The notes beneath the pieces were generated by a model. The model was not told where the DNA came from, made no database searches, and saw only the letters and a list, made by a program, of their open reading frames with translations. 64,000 nt of DNA, from contig CAXXLL010000003.1 of NCBI GenBank assembly GCA_963662545.2, positions 1,824,001-1,888,000 of the forward strand, written 5' to 3'. Shown piece by piece: positions 29,663-39,652 of the stretch (positions within the stretch are counted from its first letter, which is position 1; every line of letters starts with the position of its first letter). The translations under genes were made by a program, and so were the position numbers. Source of the DNA: Gammaproteobacteria bacterium (GTDB taxonomy: Bacteria > Pseudomonadota > Gammaproteobacteria > Ga0077536).

Positions 29663-29927
29663 CAGGCAGGGCTTACCGGTGCATTCATAAGCCGACACCT
29701 TACCACAGGAAAAACTGCTAGCATTGCGCTCCGGGTCACCCGTGATGTGTGGATTTTCGTGAGATCGGCGCTACATTTTCAAAGCCTGTTCCGCGTGTTT
29801 GCCCGCTCTCCCCGCAGCAGGGATTCGGTCGTGAATTCCGCGACGCTTAGATGCTGGAGGAGTGCTGAGGACCAATGATTTTCCTGCGCAGCGATCGTGA
29901 GCCTGGCGCGCTGTTCGACGGACTGAG

Positions 29928-30869
29928 ATGACTGCGAAGACGCTGATTCGAATCGCATCGCGTGCGAGCGAACTCGCTCTCTGGCAGAGCCGTCACGTCG
30001 CCCACTCCCTGGCGTCGACGCATGTGGATCTCCAAGTCGAACTCGTACCGATCATAACCGCCGGCGATCGCACGCTTGATTTACCGTTGGCCGGAATCGG
30101 TGGTAAGGGCCTGTTCATCAAGGAACTCGAGGTGGCCTTGATGGAGGACCGGGCCGATATAGCCGTGCACTCCATGAAAGATGTACCGGTGGAAATACCG
30201 TCCGGATTACACATTCCCGCCATATTGAAACGTGAAGACCCGCGTGATGTGCTGATAGCCCGAGCGGGCGGATCCTTGGCCGACCTGCCGGTGGGTGCAT
30301 GCGTCGGTACCTCGAGCCTCAGACGCAAGAGTCAGTTGCTGGCGGCGCGCGGTGATCTCGACGTGCGCGATCTCAGGGGCAATGTCCCGACCCGGATCAA
30401 AAAGCTGCTCGACGGTCCCTTCGATGCCATCGTGCTGGCAGCGGCCGGTCTGCGGCGCCTCGGTCTGATGGACGATCGCTGTTGCTTGATCGATACCGAG
30501 GTCGTACTGCCCGCGGTAGGCCAGGGCGCGATTGGGGTGGAGTGCCGCATGGGTGACGCCACGGTGGAAGGTCTGATCGGCCGGCTCAACGATGAAACGA
30601 CGGCACTTTGTGTCCGCGCCGAACGGTCCATGAATCTACGGCTCGGCGGCAACTGCAACGTCCCCGTCGCGGGGTATGCTGCCATCGACGGTAGCGAGTT
30701 GATGCTCGTCGGACTCGTCGCGGAAGTCGACGGCAGGCGAGTCGTGCGGCACACTGCGAGCGGACCTCCGCACCAGGCTGAGCGGATCGGTGCCGGGCTC
30801 GGCGAGCGGCTGCTGAATGCCGGTGCAGACCATATCCTGGAACATTTAAAGGACGCTGCAGAAAGATAA
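29928..30869 (+). CDS. hemC: Hydroxymethylbilane synthase
   Basis: GGKGLFIKELE, VHSMKDVP, GTSSLRR, LRGNV, GGNCNVP. Confidence 0.96.
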   Translation: MTAKTLIRIASRASELALWQSRHVAHSLASTHVDLQVELVPIITAGDRTLDLPLAGIGGKGLFIKELEVALMEDRADIAVHSMKDVPVEIPSGLHIPAILKREDPRDVLIARAGGSLADLPVGACVGTSSLRRKSQLLAARGDLDVRDLRGNVPTRIKKLLDGPFDAIVLAAAGLRRLGLMDDRCCLIDTEVVLPAVGQGAIGVECRMGDATVEGLIGRLNDETTALCVRAERSMNLRLGGNCNVPVAGYAAIDGSELMLVGLVAEVDGRRVVRHTASGPPHQAERIGAGLGERLLNAGADHILEHLKDAAER

Positions 30870-30875
30870 TTCGGC

Positions 30876-31658
30876 ATGAAACCCCTCGACGGAATTACCG
30901 TGCTCGTCACCCGGCCGCAAGCACAGGCCGAGAGTCTGGCATTGGCCATCGAGAAGGAGGGCGGAATCGCGATCCGCGCACCGATGCTCATCATCGGGTG
31001 CCTTAAAGACGATCAAACCGCCAGCCGGCTTGTCGCCGGACTTACTGATTTCGACATTGCCATCTTCGTCAGTAAGAACGCCGCCGAATGCGGTGTCGAA
31101 ATCGTCAAGGAACAGGGGCAGCCGCTCAACGGCTTGAAGATCTTTGCCGTTGGGCTCGGTACGGCCGGGCGATTGCGTGAACTCGGCGTCGCAAAGGTCG
31201 AAGTGCCGTCCAGCGAGTTCAGTTCCGAAGGCCTGCTGCGGCTGGATGGACTGGCGGAAGCGCAGGTCACCGATCAACGTATCCTCATCTTTCGCGGCAC
31301 GGAAGGACGCGAATATCTGGCCAAAACGCTAGAACGGCGTGGGGCCGAAGTCGTTTACTGTGAATGCTACGAGCGGCGAAAGCCGGAGATCGTGCTGGTC
31401 GATACCCTGAAGGATAATGACGTAAAAGTGCCGGATATCGGGCTCGCGACCAGCATCGAGGCCCTGGATAATCTGGCCGATAAGATTGAGGATGAGGGCC
31501 TCGATCACCTGTTCGACATGCAGATGCTGGTTGTCAGCTCACGGGTGGGCCAAGAAGTGGAATCGCTAGGTTTCACCAACCCGCCGCTCGTCGTTGAAAA
31601 TCCGGCTGACGAAAGCATAATCAAGCACCTGATCAATTGGGCCAACGACGAAATATGA
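30876..31658 (+). CDS. hemD: Uroporphyrinogen-III synthase
   Basis: LVTRP, FVSKNAA, SEGLL, GREYL, YER. Confidence 0.9.
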   Translation: MKPLDGITVLVTRPQAQAESLALAIEKEGGIAIRAPMLIIGCLKDDQTASRLVAGLTDFDIAIFVSKNAAECGVEIVKEQGQPLNGLKIFAVGLGTAGRLRELGVAKVEVPSSEFSSEGLLRLDGLAEAQVTDQRILIFRGTEGREYLAKTLERRGAEVVYCECYERRKPEIVLVDTLKDNDVKVPDIGLATSIEALDNLADKIEDEGLDHLFDMQMLVVSSRVGQEVESLGFTNPPLVVENPADESIIKHLINWANDEI

Positions 31659-32767
31659 GCGACGTCGACCATAGTGGAAAGGCCTCTGCCGAGGCACAGG
31701 ACGCGGATCCGAGCAGCAGCGAAGCACCCTCGACCGCGGTCCGGCACAATCATTTACACGGATCGGTATTTTTCCTGTACGCATTCTTATTGATCGTGGG
31801 GGCGGCAGCTTACTACTGGTTCACCGAGAAACATGCCCCGGCGTTCGAAGATATCGTACGCCACGTCAACGCCATCGAGGGTGAGCGCGCACAAATTGAT
31901 ACGCGCGTTGAAAAAGCCGAGCAGATGAGCCGCAGCTTGGATGAAGCGCGACAGACGCTGACAGCCGACGTCGCTGCTTTGCAGAAGGCGCAACGCGCGC
32001 TGGAAGACTCGGTCACAGCCCTGTACGCGAAGGACAAGCAAGTATCGCTCACCTGGGTGTTGGCGGAAGCTGAATATCTGGTGCTCGCAGCTACCCAGCG
32101 CCTGGCGCTAGAACGCGACGTGCGCACGGCGATCGCCGCCCTCAAGGCGGCTGACATCCGCCTGCGCTTGGCCAAGCACCCCGATTTGATCGGAGTCCGC
32201 GAACAGATCGCCAAAGACATCGCAAGCCTCGAAGCGGTGAACCTGCCGGACGTCGAAGGCCTCGCTATTTATCTCGCCGAAGCGGTGGCGCGCGCGGGCG
32301 AATTACCCACCAAGCCCATCGCGGACATCGATATGTCTTTAACGCGGATGCGAAGCGAGGATGCCACCGTCGAGAACTGGAAAGGCATGGCCAAGGCGAT
32401 GTGGGCCGATCTCGTCAGCCTGGTCGAAATTAAGGATGGCGAAATGCCGGACGGGGTATTGTTCGATCCGGAACTGCGCTACTTCCTGGAGCAGAACCTG
32501 AGGTTGGAGCTCGCGAGCGCGCGCTTGTCCGTATTACGCAGGGATAACGCGAATTTTCAGGCGGCAAGTAAACTGGTTATCAATTTCCTCACCGAATACT
32601 ACGATACGAACGACGCCGCCGTCGCGGCGATCCTAACTCGCCTTAAGGCCGAACAGGCGACCGATCTCGACCCGGTCGTACCGGAAATATCAGCGAGCCT
32701 CGATGCCGTTCGCGCCAAGCGGATATCGCTCAGGGGTGATGCACCCGCAGGCATCGCCGCGAAGTAG
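31655..32767 (+). CDS. hemX: HemX family protein
   Basis: N-terminal TM plus coiled coil, WVLAEAEYL, QNLRLEL; ATGA overlap with hemD. Confidence 0.88.
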   Translation: MSDVDHSGKASAEAQDADPSSSEAPSTAVRHNHLHGSVFFLYAFLLIVGAAAYYWFTEKHAPAFEDIVRHVNAIEGERAQIDTRVEKAEQMSRSLDEARQTLTADVAALQKAQRALEDSVTALYAKDKQVSLTWVLAEAEYLVLAATQRLALERDVRTAIAALKAADIRLRLAKHPDLIGVREQIAKDIASLEAVNLPDVEGLAIYLAEAVARAGELPTKPIADIDMSLTRMRSEDATVENWKGMAKAMWADLVSLVEIKDGEMPDGVLFDPELRYFLEQNLRLELASARLSVLRRDNANFQAASKLVINFLTEYYDTNDAAVAAILTRLKAEQATDLDPVVPEISASLDAVRAKRISLRGDAPAGIAAK

Positions 32768-32769
32768 TC

Positions 32770-33990
32770 GTGATGAAACTGCTTGCGACAGCACTCCTGG
32801 CCCTGACGCTCGCGGTCGTGGCGGGTTCCATCGTAGCCAACGACCCGGGCTTCATCGTCATCGGTTTCGGCGGCAAGGTGGTTCGCACAACCTTCGCCTT
32901 CTTCATGTTGGCTTCCGTTGCGCTGGGGATCGTGCTTTACGGGTTACTGCGAGGTTTGGCCAATCTGTTCGAATTACGCCGGCGCTGGCGGCGCTGGTCA
33001 GAAGAATACCGCCGTCGCCGGGCGCACCGTTCCCTTGCGAGCGGGATGCTCGCGCTGGCCAAGGGCGAATTCGCGCGTGCCGAGCGTCTGTTCAGCCGCG
33101 GTGTGGATGAAGACGCGCAACCGGAAGTCCATTACCTGGCGGCAGCCGAGGCGGCACAGGCGCTGAAAGCGTCCGCACGGCGCGACAACTATCTGCGGCT
33201 CGCACATGATGTACAGCCTGATGCTGCCGACGCGATCGACATCAAGCGCGCACAGTGGTTGATCGAGAATGATCAACTGATCGAAGCGCGCGGCTTCATC
33301 GATCGCCTCCAAGGAGCGCAGGCGCGGAACCCGCAGGTACTCAAGCTTCGCATGGACTTGTTGCGGCGTTCCGGTGATATGCGCGCGCTGCTGGAACTGA
33401 TCCCGGACCTGAGACGCGACCGCGTGATGCCGTTTGATGATATCAACGCCCTGGAACGCGACTGCGCGATCGCCGTGCTCAACGAGCCCCGCGAGACGCT
33501 CGAGGTCCTGCACACGCTCTGGAAGGGCATGTCAAAACCAATGCGGAAATCGCCGCAGGTTCTCGGGCGCTACGTTCAGGGATTATGCGCGGTCGGCGCG
33601 GGCGATGAGGCGGAAGTACTGTTACGCAAGCAACTTGAAAGCGCCTGGGACTCGTCACTCGCGGCGCTGTACGGCGAAATCGAATGCGAACCGCCGGCCA
33701 GACAACTCCGCAAGGCCGACGGCTGGGCCGTCACGCGAAGCGACGACCCGGGCCTGACACTGACGCGCGCGCGATTGTCGATACGCGCCGGCTTATGGGG
33801 ACAGGCCAAAGATCATTTGGAACGCTTGATCAGTGTCGCGCCGTCGCCCGTGCTGTATCGCCTGCAGGCAGAAGCCGCCGATGGCATGGGCAACTCGGAG
33901 GTGGCGGCGGCACTGCGCAAGAGCGGACTCGAACTCGCGACCGGTATCGACGCGTCGGTACCGCGGCGCACTCAAGACGACGCGGCTTGA
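32770..33990 (+). CDS. hemY: HemY family TPR membrane protein
   Basis: DPGFIVI, two TMs, TPR-like repeats; last gene of hemCDXY. Confidence 0.88.
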   Translation: MMKLLATALLALTLAVVAGSIVANDPGFIVIGFGGKVVRTTFAFFMLASVALGIVLYGLLRGLANLFELRRRWRRWSEEYRRRRAHRSLASGMLALAKGEFARAERLFSRGVDEDAQPEVHYLAAAEAAQALKASARRDNYLRLAHDVQPDAADAIDIKRAQWLIENDQLIEARGFIDRLQGAQARNPQVLKLRMDLLRRSGDMRALLELIPDLRRDRVMPFDDINALERDCAIAVLNEPRETLEVLHTLWKGMSKPMRKSPQVLGRYVQGLCAVGAGDEAEVLLRKQLESAWDSSLAALYGEIECEPPARQLRKADGWAVTRSDDPGLTLTRARLSIRAGLWGQAKDHLERLISVAPSPVLYRLQAEAADGMGNSEVAAALRKSGLELATGIDASVPRRTQDDAA

Positions 33991-34031
33991 CGCGCGTGTT
34001 CTAGCGCGCTACTCCCGCCATCGTGCTGCTG

Positions 34032-34703
34032 CTACAGGCTCCCCCTACCTTGCGGCAGGCTGCGCGAACTCGTCAGCCAGCGCAACAGCGGCGCCCAGTA
34101 TTCCCGGTCCGTCGCCGTTGCCAATGGCGCGAATTCAAAGATCGAGATACCACGCTCGGCCGCCTTGAGGTAATTAGCGCTCTGGCGCAGAAAGGTCAGG
34201 AACGGAAACCGCCGCCCTGAAGGCAGCTTGAGATCGTAGAGGTAATCTTCGAGATCGTCGGCCACACGCGTCCCCACACGGAGGCGGCTGGCGACGGTCG
34301 CCAACTTAATGTCCGTTTTGATCTGCGGCCGTACGTCGCGCAGTTCTGCGAAAAATCTCTGCGCGGCTCGAATATCGACCGGGGATGGAACGATGGGAAC
34401 GATGGCAGTGTGCGCTCGACGCAGGAGACTGACCAGTTGATCCCCGTGGGTTCTCGATGGCGCATCGATGATGACGACGTCAGTGCGGCGGGGAACGCGT
34501 AAACCTGAAGAGAATGCCTCTATACAGGTTATTTTCGGAAACTTCGCGGGACGCTGCCGGATCCAATCGACGCTGCCGCCGAGGGGATCGTAGTCGGCCA
34601 GCACAACCTTGGCGCCGGCATCGGCGTAATAGCCCGCAAGATTGGTCGCAACTGTCGTTTTCCCGCTGCCGCCTTTGGCATTGAGAAGCAGGATCGAGCG
34701 CAT
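34032..34703 (-). CDS. Orphan ParA-family ATPase
   Basis: Deviant Walker A KGGSGKTT, ADYDP, IIDAP; no parB nearby. Confidence 0.85.
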   Translation of the reverse strand: MRSILLLNAKGGSGKTTVATNLAGYYADAGAKVVLADYDPLGGSVDWIRQRPAKFPKITCIEAFSSGLRVPRRTDVVIIDAPSRTHGDQLVSLLRRAHTAIVPIVPSPVDIRAAQRFFAELRDVRPQIKTDIKLATVASRLRVGTRVADDLEDYLYDLKLPSGRRFPFLTFLRQSANYLKAAERGISIFEFAPLATATDREYWAPLLRWLTSSRSLPQGRGSL

Positions 34704-34769
34704 GGTCTTTTCCCCCGAGCAGAACCCGCGCGTAGTATAACCGCGGGTCGCTGAATTTTCCGCGCCGTG

Positions 34770-34822
34770 CTTAGTAGGCCGTTGAAAAACGGTAGACCCT
34801 CATTTTGCAACAGTCTGCTAAG
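34770..34822. repeat. 53-bp imperfect inverted repeat resembling paired IS ends, or a terminator after prkB
   Basis: CTTAGTAGGCCGTTGAAAAA ... TTTTGCAACAGTCTGCTAAG. Confidence 0.5.
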
Positions 34823-34824
34823 GC

Positions 34825-35718
34825 TTAGGCAGCACTCCGCTTTACTGACCGATCGCGGCATTTCATCATGTGCTCAATAACGGGATTGAGCAGTAGCTCC
34901 ATCGCCGACACCATGTTTCCCGCCGGTACGACGAGTGTATCGGGTTGAGACATGAACGATCCTTCGAGGGTCTCTAGCAGGCGGGGATAATCCGGGTTGA
35001 TCTTGTCATGGTTGGCGATGTGGATGACGATCATGCTCTGTTCACTCGGGGGGATCTTGCCAATGGTGAAGGGATTGGAGGTGTCGATCGTAGGGACGCG
35101 TTGAAAATTCACGTCGGTCCTCGAAAACTGGGGGCAGATATAGTGCACGTAGTCAGGCATGCGTCGCAGGATCATGGCGGTCGCCGTTTCCGCCGAATAG
35201 CCGCGAACAGCACGATCCCTGTGAATTTTCTGGATCCATTCCAGGTTGATGATCGGCACCACGCCGATCAAGAGGTCGACGAGCCGCGCGATGTCGTTCT
35301 CTTCGGTCTCTAGGCCGCCGTGCAAACCCTCGTAAAACAGGAGATCCGTGTCTCGCGGTAGCGGCGTCCATGGCGTGAAAGTACCCGGTTCGGCGCCGAG
35401 GACTTCGGCCTCCTCATCGGTATGCACGTAATGCCGACGCTTGCCGCTGCCCGTATCGATGTAGGTGCGAAACAGATTCTCCAGTTCATCAAACAGATTG
35501 CCGTCGGGGCCGAAATGCGTGAGGGTGTGGCCGCGTAACGCGGCCTTTTCGACCTCCCGGGCCATTTCCGCGCGATCGTATCGGTGGTAGCTGTCGCCTT
35601 CGATGACGGCTGGCTGAATGCCTTCGCCCGCAAAGATGTGCTCGAAGGCGGATTTCACACTGGTTGTTCCAGCGCCAGAAGATCCCGTAACGGCGACGAT
35701 GGGGTGGAGTTCCGACAT
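34825..35718 (-). CDS. prkB: Phosphoribulokinase (PrkB/CbbP type)
   Basis: HPIVAVTGSSGAGTT, EGDSYHRYDR, YEGLHG, NLEWIQKIHRD, QRVPTIDTSNPF. Confidence 0.93.
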   Translation of the reverse strand: MSELHPIVAVTGSSGAGTTSVKSAFEHIFAGEGIQPAVIEGDSYHRYDRAEMAREVEKAALRGHTLTHFGPDGNLFDELENLFRTYIDTGSGKRRHYVHTDEEAEVLGAEPGTFTPWTPLPRDTDLLFYEGLHGGLETEENDIARLVDLLIGVVPIINLEWIQKIHRDRAVRGYSAETATAMILRRMPDYVHYICPQFSRTDVNFQRVPTIDTSNPFTIGKIPPSEQSMIVIHIANHDKINPDYPRLLETLEGSFMSQPDTLVVPAGNMVSAMELLLNPVIEHMMKCRDRSVKRSAA

Positions 35719-35851
35719 GCGATGGAATGCTCCGTGAGCTTTCAGGACAATGAAAGGGCTATTTTAGGTTGAAGTCCGCCAGCGAACCAGATTGCTGCAG
35801 TGCACGCCGAAGGTGGCGGCAAATTGCCCGTGCCGCGGGCATAGTGTCAAA

Positions 35852-37624
35852 ATGTGCTCTGTGATCACCGACAGCGGCCGTATTTACCTGAGATTACTGA
35901 GCTTTGTGCGGCCGCATTGGCGGGTGTTCGCGCTCGCCATCGGGGCGATGCTGGGGCTGGCCTCGACCGAGTGGATGCTGCCGGCACTGCTGAAACCGCT
36001 GATCGACCAAGAATTCGAGATCGCCGGCAAAGCGTCCTTCTACATCACCCCGTTGCTTCTGGTTGTCCTGTTCGCGGTTCGCGGGGGCTTGAGCTACCTC
36101 GGCACGGTCGCCTTGCACTGGGTGGCGCAGCGCACGGTCGCCGATCTACGCGCGACCATGTTCCGCACCCTGGTCCGCCTGCCTGCGGAATTTTTCGACC
36201 GGCGTACCAGCGGGGAACTCATCTCGAAATTTACTTTCGACGCCACCCAGGTCGCGCAGGCGTCGACCCGCGTGATCACGGTCATGGTCAAAGATTCGGC
36301 CGTCGTCATCGTCCTGATGGGCTATCTCTTGTTTCTCAATTGGCAACTCGCCGGCCTCTTGTTACTGCTCGCGCCGCCCGTCGGTTTCGTGGTTTACCGT
36401 GTCTCGCGCCGTATGCGCGAGATGAGCCGCAGACTGCAGGAATCGGTCGGTGAAATAAACGAGGTCGCCGGGGAGGCCGTGCGTGGCCACCGCGAGATCA
36501 AAGTATTCGACGGCTACGACTACGAAATTGCGCGCTTTGGCCGAGCCATCAACAATGCCCGGAAATTCCATATGAAAGTCGTGCGTACCAGCGCGATGAC
36601 CGTACCGATCACCCAGTTATTGGTGGCCGTCGGCATCGCAGCCATGATCCTGCTCGCGCTGCGCGAAAGGGCGGCTGGCACGATGACTCTAGGTGATCTA
36701 ATCGCTTTCCTGACCGCGACAGCATTGCTCTTGCCACCGACGAAGCGCCTGGCCGGCGTGAACGAATTTCTACAGCGCGGGATCGCGGCATCGGAATCCA
36801 TATTTGGTCTTGCCGACGCCAGCGCGGAGGTCGACGAAGGCGCTGATGAGGGTACGGTTAGCGGGCGCATCCGGTTCGAGGGCGTGTATCTAAGCTACGG
36901 CGACCGGGACGCGCTCGAGTTGATAAACCTCGACATCGCGGCCGGTGAAACCGTTGCCTTCGTCGGCCGCTCGGGCGGTGGCAAGACCTCGTTGGTCAAT
37001 CTCGTCCCGCGGTTCTACGAGCCCACGGCGGGACGCATTTACATCGATGAACGCCCGCTCGAATCGTTCGGCTTGACGACCTTGAGGCGACATATTGCTT
37101 TTGTCGGGCAGAACGTCGTGTTGTTCAACGACACGATTCGAAACAACATCGCTTATGGCAGCCTGCGCGAACATACGGATGAGGAAATTGAGTTAGCCGC
37201 GCGCCGTGCCCAAGTCGAAACCTTTGCGGCGGAGATGCCGCAGGGTCTCGATACGATCGTGGGCGAAAACGGTGTGCTCTTGTCCGGCGGACAGCGCCAG
37301 CGGGTCGCGATCGCGCGCGCCCTGCTCAAGGACGCGCCCCTTCTGATCCTCGATGAAGCGACCGCCGCGCTGGACAACGAGTCCGAGCGTCTCGTCCAGG
37401 ACGCGCTGAAGACGCTCCGCGCGGGGCGCACCAGCCTCATCGTCGCACATCGCCTGTCAACCATTAAACAGGCCGACCGCATCGTCGTGCTGGAAGGCGG
37501 TCGCATCGTCGAAGCGGGCCCGCACGCGAACCTGCTCGCGTCGGGCGGGGTGTATGCGCGGCTCTACGCCGCCGGCTTCGAAGCCGCATCGGACCTTGAG
37601 AAGATCCTCGACGCGATGGCATAA
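35852..37624 (+). CDS. msbA: Lipid A export ABC transporter MsbA
   Basis: YLRLLSFVRP N-terminus, TM domain, GRSGGGKT, LSGGQRQR, LDEAT, AHRLST. Confidence 0.88.
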   Translation: MCSVITDSGRIYLRLLSFVRPHWRVFALAIGAMLGLASTEWMLPALLKPLIDQEFEIAGKASFYITPLLLVVLFAVRGGLSYLGTVALHWVAQRTVADLRATMFRTLVRLPAEFFDRRTSGELISKFTFDATQVAQASTRVITVMVKDSAVVIVLMGYLLFLNWQLAGLLLLLAPPVGFVVYRVSRRMREMSRRLQESVGEINEVAGEAVRGHREIKVFDGYDYEIARFGRAINNARKFHMKVVRTSAMTVPITQLLVAVGIAAMILLALRERAAGTMTLGDLIAFLTATALLLPPTKRLAGVNEFLQRGIAASESIFGLADASAEVDEGADEGTVSGRIRFEGVYLSYGDRDALELINLDIAAGETVAFVGRSGGGKTSLVNLVPRFYEPTAGRIYIDERPLESFGLTTLRRHIAFVGQNVVLFNDTIRNNIAYGSLREHTDEEIELAARRAQVETFAAEMPQGLDTIVGENGVLLSGGQRQRVAIARALLKDAPLLILDEATAALDNESERLVQDALKTLRAGRTSLIVAHRLSTIKQADRIVVLEGGRIVEAGPHANLLASGGVYARLYAAGFEAASDLEKILDAMA

Positions 37625-37675
37625 CAGACTGGCGACAAGCGTGGACACTCATCATCGCGCTATTCGCCGCCCCGC

Positions 37676-39652
37676 TCAGGCGCGTCGGGCGGGCTTGAAC
37701 TTCTGAACGCGCGCGGCCAGGCGTCCCGGGTCAATGACTACACGGCCGTAGCGGATCTGCGTGTAAAGACGTGTGATCGCAAATACTTCCGCCGACAGGT
37801 CCGCGCGCTCGTGCATGACGCGTCTGGCAAATGCGAGAGGCGCTTCGCTCGGGTCGCGGACGAGCCCGGCGCGGTTGAGTTTATTGCAAAAACGGATGTA
37901 CGCGCGCAGCGCGGGGTCGGTTACGAGGCGGCCGCTGCGTAAAAGAAGAAGACTGAGGGTGACGGTCACCGCCGCCAGTAGCAGGGTGAGCGCGATGACA
38001 AGATTGCCGTAATCCCACTCCTCGAGCCCGAGATCGTCGAGCAAGCGCCGTTGGCGTTGCGGTGAATAGCCGAGCACCCATTGATTCCAGCCGTAGGTAA
38101 CGGCGTCCCAAGAATCGCGCAGCTGCTCCCAGAACGCCGCGGCGACGGCGGTTCGCGCGAATGAGGACAGCGGTGAATCGCGTGGCAGCAGGTCGGTGAT
38201 ACCCAGCGAAACCCGTTCCGGTGCGACGGCCGCGGTCGGATCGACGCGGAGCCAGCCGCGGCCGGACAGATAGACTTCGGCCCACGCGTGAGCGTCTCTC
38301 TGACGCACCACCAGATACTCTCCGACCGAGTTGTAATCGCCGCCCTGGTAACCGGTGACGACACGCGCCGGAATGCCAGCGGCGCGCATCAGCACGACGA
38401 ACGCCGATGCAAAGTGCTCGCAGAATCCTTCCCGGGTATCGAAGATGAAATCGTCGACAGCATCTCTCGGTAGCAAGGGCGGCGTTAGCGAATAGTAAAA
38501 ATCGTTGTCGCGGAAAAAAGCCAGTGCAGTATCGACAAGCTCGCGTTGATCGCGTGTGGTTTGTGTCCAGCCGACCGCCAATTCGCGGGCACGCAGATGC
38601 CATCCGGGCGGCAGGCGCAGCGCGGCGCGGCGCTGCTCAGCGGTGATTTCGCTGATGCGATACTCGACGGTGGAGTGCAGGTCGTAGCGAATACGCCGAC
38701 GAACGGGACGACTCGCGAGCAGGCGATGATCACTCGTATGCCGTACCCCGGTACCGATGGAGGTCACCATTTCTAGCCCCATCAGCCAGCGATTGCGATG
38801 CGGTTCAAGCGTCAAGGTGTAATGGTAGTTATCCCCACGGCGTTCGACGGGCGTCGCCGGGCCGTCGCCCACGGTGCCGGCGGTCCAGCGGCGGCCGTCG
38901 GTATTCCACAGCACCGGCCCGCGCCAGTACAGATCCTCCGTGCGTGGCTCTGGCCCGTGAAATTCGACCCGGAAAGCAATTTCGTCCGACAGTCCGAGGC
39001 GCGCGATCTGGCCGACTGTCATTTCGTTACTGAGGCCCGAAACGGCGCTAAAAGCGTCCTGGGGCAGGCCCCAAAGTGGTCCTGGAAGGCGGGGAAACAG
39101 AACGAAGGCCGCAAGCATGAGCGGCATAGCCTGAAGGGTCATGAGGGCCGCCTGGCTGAACATCTGATGTGGACGTTGGTATTCCCGTGGCGTGTTGAAC
39201 TGGATCAGGACGGTGGTGGCGAAGACGACCACGATCAGCATGTAGATAGCCGTCGGCATCGTTTGCGAGTAGAAGAAGTTGGTAACGACCAGGAAGTAGC
39301 ACAGAAACGTCACCACGTAGTAATCGCGCTCGCCGCGCATTTCCAGGAGCTTTAGACCTAAAAGTGCCGCGAGTAGCTCGATTCCGGCGTCGCGTCCGAG
39401 CTGGCCGTGATAGGCGATGTAGATGCTGACGAAGGCAAGTACCGCAACCAATTGTTTCCCAATCCAGAGGATTATGTGTTCGCGGTCGGGCAGCGGCAGC
39501 CGCTTCATCGCGCCGAGAATGCGCCACAGGGAGGCGCCGATGAAAGCGAGGCTTAAAATAAGGGGAAAACGCTGCATGTGCGGCATCAGGGCGAGCACGA
39601 TCGCGGTCGTGATCCACACGACTTCGCGCGTTGAAAGGACGTTCGGACTCAC
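37676..39652 (-). CDS. tgpA: Membrane transglutaminase-like protein (DUF3488 + TGase + DUF4129, TgpA-like)
   Basis: GFCEHFASAF, RVVTGYQGG, AHAWAEVY, DPT; N-terminal TMs; GTGA overlap with the DUF58 stop. Confidence 0.88.
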   Translation of the reverse strand: MSPNVLSTREVVWITTAIVLALMPHMQRFPLILSLAFIGASLWRILGAMKRLPLPDREHIILWIGKQLVAVLAFVSIYIAYHGQLGRDAGIELLAALLGLKLLEMRGERDYYVVTFLCYFLVVTNFFYSQTMPTAIYMLIVVVFATTVLIQFNTPREYQRPHQMFSQAALMTLQAMPLMLAAFVLFPRLPGPLWGLPQDAFSAVSGLSNEMTVGQIARLGLSDEIAFRVEFHGPEPRTEDLYWRGPVLWNTDGRRWTAGTVGDGPATPVERRGDNYHYTLTLEPHRNRWLMGLEMVTSIGTGVRHTSDHRLLASRPVRRRIRYDLHSTVEYRISEITAEQRRAALRLPPGWHLRARELAVGWTQTTRDQRELVDTALAFFRDNDFYYSLTPPLLPRDAVDDFIFDTREGFCEHFASAFVVLMRAAGIPARVVTGYQGGDYNSVGEYLVVRQRDAHAWAEVYLSGRGWLRVDPTAAVAPERVSLGITDLLPRDSPLSSFARTAVAAAFWEQLRDSWDAVTYGWNQWVLGYSPQRQRRLLDDLGLEEWDYGNLVIALTLLLAAVTVTLSLLLLRSGRLVTDPALRAYIRFCNKLNRAGLVRDPSEAPLAFARRVMHERADLSAEVFAITRLYTQIRYGRVVIDPGRLAARVQKFKPARRA

